Shown here: one piece after another, positions 34,093 through 37,096 of the stretch
Layout of the letters: each line of letters opens with the position of its first letter
Numbering within the stretch: the stretch's first letter is position 1
Assembly (NCBI GenBank): GCA_051942205.1
Contig: JAVECO010000211.1
Span: forward strand, 1 to 37,096
Direction: 5' to 3'
Length of the DNA: 37,096 bases
From: Coniocarpon cinnabarinum
Lineage: Eukaryota
Made by a program: the position numbers and the translations under genes
The notes under the pieces: generated by a model
Told to the model about the DNA's origin: nothing
The model's input: the letters and a program-made list of their open reading frames with translations, nothing else
Databases searched by the model: none

Positions 34093-35124
34093 ATGGCCAG
34101 AACTCACCCAAAAGCTACTGAACTCGGCTCCAAATTCGCACCACACATCAACGGAAAGACGATCCTGATCACTGGTCCGTCACCAGACTCGATCGCTGCG
34201 CAGACGGCTGTCGCCATCGCTCCACACAAGCCGCACCTGATCATCTTGGCTGGCCGAGCAATATCGAAGCTGGACGGCACCGCAGCACAGATCAAAGCAG
34301 TGGCTCCAGACTGCGCCACACGTAATCTAGTCGTCGACTTCGCCCGTCTGGAAAGCGTTCGGAATGCCGCTAAGGAGGTCAATCAGTACGCAGAAAACAT
34401 CGATGTCTCGATCTTGAGTGCTGGTATCATGGCGCCTCCGTACAAGAAGACCGTTGACGGCTTTGAGAGCAGCTTTGGCATCAACCACTTGGGCCATTTC
34501 TTGTTCATCAACAGCATCATGGGCAAGGTTCAAGCAGCCGGAAAGGCAAGCGCTGACGGAGCGCGGATCGTTGCGGTCAGTAGTGATGGGCATGCCGTCG
34601 CAGGCATCGGCAAAGACACTGAAGATATCAACTTCCACGATGGTCGGTCGTATGCCTCATGGCGAGCTTACGGCCAAAGCAAAACCGCCAACTGTCTCAT
34701 GGCGCTCTCGTTGTCTGACAAGCTAGCATCCAGGTATAACATCCAGTCATACTCTCTCCATCCTGGTGCGATTCTGGACTCGAATCTCGGCAATCACGTC
34801 GACCCAGGTCTTTGGCAGGAGTTCTTGCGAGCACGAGATGAGAAGGCCAAAAGCCTCAGCCATGAACGACGGGTGGCCAGTACCAACATACACACGAGCC
34901 TGGAGCAAGGAGATCCCATGGCACTGGCAAAGACGCTGGACGAGGGAGCAGCGACGTACATGGTGGCTGCTTTTGACCCCAGCATCAAGACGTCGAGTGG
35001 TAGCTACTTGCAGAATGCCATGGTGGATGACGCAGGGTGTGAGGACCACGCCAAGAGTCGTTCGGAAGCGGAACGTCTGTGGAAGATCAGCGAGCAGTGC
35101 GTGGGGCAGACCTTTGCTTATTGA
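34093..35124 (+). CDS. Short-chain dehydrogenase/reductase (retinol dehydrogenase/WWOX-like subgroup)
   Basis: Intronless 343-aa ORF. Motifs GKTILITG, SAGIMA, DGFESSFGINHLGHF, RIVAVSSDGH, catalytic YGQSK, SLHPG and AERLWKISE. Confidence 0.92.
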   Translation: MARTHPKATELGSKFAPHINGKTILITGPSPDSIAAQTAVAIAPHKPHLIILAGRAISKLDGTAAQIKAVAPDCATRNLVVDFARLESVRNAAKEVNQYAENIDVSILSAGIMAPPYKKTVDGFESSFGINHLGHFLFINSIMGKVQAAGKASADGARIVAVSSDGHAVAGIGKDTEDINFHDGRSYASWRAYGQSKTANCLMALSLSDKLASRYNIQSYSLHPGAILDSNLGNHVDPGLWQEFLRARDEKAKSLSHERRVASTNIHTSLEQGDPMALAKTLDEGAATYMVAAFDPSIKTSSGSYLQNAMVDDAGCEDHAKSRSEAERLWKISEQCVGQTFAY

Positions 35125-35461
35125 GACCTGAGCGAGTAGAGATATAGGAAGCATGAGTTGTGTGCTTGTCAAAATGTACAGCCTTCGCCTAACCTTCTGT
35201 GTTTGAGTGGCGTGCATGTGCAGCGTGTCGTGCATGAATGAGATCTGGACCTGTGGGCGTAAAAAAGATGGCACGTGGGGCGATTTCCACTGCCGAGACC
35301 TGCTCAAGGGTCGTAGCAGGGTCTTCTCTTCCCGAACTTTAATTGCGCCTATCTGATTTTCCTTTTTCCCTGTTTTTGCATCTCGTCCACAAAACCCCCC
35401 ACTACGCGTCGAGTGTTTCTCTCTCGCACGCACTGGTGCATGCAACCCGCCAGTGGTAGCC

Positions 35462-37096
35462 ATGACGGACTCCCCACGCACACCAGGCTCGCCGGCTTCT
35501 CACAAGACGGAGATTCCTTCCTATGAAGAAGCTATTGAGCCGGCTGACACCTATCCCGTCGAGATCAGCGTGCAGCCTAAGAGTGAAGGACACTCGAGTC
35601 CGCATACGCCCAGTTCGTCCAAGAGTTCGCGAGACCATGCGACTGCTGGCCAGCATGGGCCGCCTGAAGTTATTGGCGATGTGACGGACAGTGCGCTTGC
35701 GAGTCCCACTTCTGGTGGACGGAGAGAACGAGCTCCGTGGTTGAGATTCCTGGTCGGGAGGGGTCAGGGTTGGTTTCGCTATGTGAAGACGAAGGAGTTT
35801 TGGATTGTGCTGTTGCTTGGGTATGCTGATTCTCCTTTCCCTCCATCTTCCTCTAGGAGTATACACTTTCACCTGGCGTATCACACGTGACTAACAACAC
35901 TTGTGCAGCCAAGTCCTCTCGCTATGCCTCACAGCTACAAACACTTTCTCGGAACTTCTGGCAGAAGCCGGCACCAACATTCCTGCGTTTCAGACGTTTT
36001 TCAATTACGTCTTGCTCAATCTAATATTTACCACATTCACCTGGTACAAGTTAGGGTTCAAAGGGTGGTTTCGACTGATACTCCGGGATGGATGGAAGTA
36101 CTTTATCCTCTCATTTTGTGATGTCGAAGGTAACTACTTCATCGTACTCGCATATCGGTACAGTAAGTGTTCACCCTCATCCCTATATTCTCACACTTCC
36201 CTGAGCTCCCAACCTCTCCCACCCTAATTCTTCCCCTCAACGCCCTCAGTCCAGCCCGCAAGCCTCTTTTGCACTTCCACGGTTACTACCGACATCAACA
36301 CCCCGAACTAACATACGCGAAGCCACCATCCTCTCCGTCCAACTCATCGACTTCTGGGCCATCATAGTCGTAGTGATCCTTTCCCTCCTCTTCCTCGGAG
36401 TGCGGTACAGAATAACCCAATACGCCGGCATCGTCGTCTGCCTCGGCGGCATGGGCCTCCTCATCGCCTCCGACCACATCACCGGCGCAAACACCGGCGC
36501 CGCGTCCGACGCTGTAAAAGGCGATCTCTTCGCCCTGCTGGGCGCCACCTTTTACGGCGTCAGCAACGTCATCGAGGAATTCGCCGTCTCAAAGCGTCCT
36601 TTATATGAGGTCGTGGGGCAGCTCGCGTGGTGGGGCATGTTCATCAACGGCGTCCAATGCGCCATCTTCGACCGCTCGGCCTTTCAAAGCGCAACCTGGA
36701 ATAGCCAAGTCGCCGGCTGGCTCGTGGGCTATACTTTGATTCTCACACTCTTCTACACGCTGGCGCCCGTCGTCTTCCGCATGTCCTCGGCGGCCTTCTT
36801 CAACATCAGCGTGTTAACCAGCGATTTCTGGGGCGTGTGCATTGGTGTCACCGTCTTCCATTTGAGTGTCTACTACTTGTATCCGATTGCGTTTGTGTTG
36901 ATTGTTCTGGGGATGTTTGTCTATTTCCTGACGGAGGGGGTGATGGGGGAAAGTGAGAAGCCGTGGCTTGGATCTCGACAGGAGGGTGGTGTACGGGGTT
37001 TGGGGACGGCGAGGTGGATTGCGGAGAGGAGACGGGGTGGCGGGGGCGGTGGCGTGGGTGACGTTAGTGGTGCGGGGCAAGTAGGTGAAGGAGGTG
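35462..37096 (+). CDS. SLC35F1/F2-like (DUF914) DMT-superfamily transporter; 3' end outside the window
   Basis: Exons 35462-35820, 35909-36162, 36323->37096 (open to the window end, not shown in the ORF track). Motifs LLGQVLSLC, IPAFQTFFNY, DVEGNYFIVLAYRYTTILSVQL, KGDLFALLGATFYGVSNVIEE and SSAAFFNISVLTSDFWG. Confidence 0.9.

Noticed and set aside
1..37096. tRNA, rRNA, CRISPR array, intact transposon, secondary-metabolite cluster
   Set aside because: No T-loop cloverleaf, rRNA sequence, spaced repeat array, transposase/RT motif or PKS/NRPS/terpene backbone gene was seen by eye. tRNAscan-SE, Rfam and RepeatMasker runs would be needed to exclude them formally.

Overview
Gene-dense eukaryotic DNA from a filamentous ascomycete (Pezizomycotina-type short introns with GTRAGT-like donors, CTRAY branch sites and YAG/AAG acceptors). 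I hand-spliced 16 protein-coding genes. In order: a 5'-truncated NTF2/SnoaL-like hypothetical, an STL1-like sugar porter, STE14/ICMT, a MAPEG microsomal GST, a maltose/galactoside O-acetyltransferase, a CLC transporter, a DGAT1-type MBOAT, an FHIP/RAI16-like protein, kinesin-14 (KlpA/Kar3), LOA1/VPS66, a class 3 lipase, TAH18/NDOR1, an Sbp1-like RRM-RGG-RRM protein, the ArfGAP GCS1, an SDR, and a 3'-truncated SLC35F transporter. No tRNA, rRNA, CRISPR array or intact transposon was recognised. It is mostly an ordinary housekeeping region and I cannot support a clear new multi-gene system. The most unusual signals are at the RNA level. The CLC gene has a long structured intron holding a perfect internal branch site and cryptic acceptor next to an 18-nt microexon. 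A DGAT1 intron carries a degenerate copy of its own upstream exon and spliced junction. The MAPEG gene has a GC-AG intron. Other leads are a CLC lacking the proton glutamate, orphan or broken ORFs at 22.4-24 kb, an AT-rich RIP-like patch, and repeated C-rich to G-rich skew switches. All family assignments are from motif recognition, not database searches.
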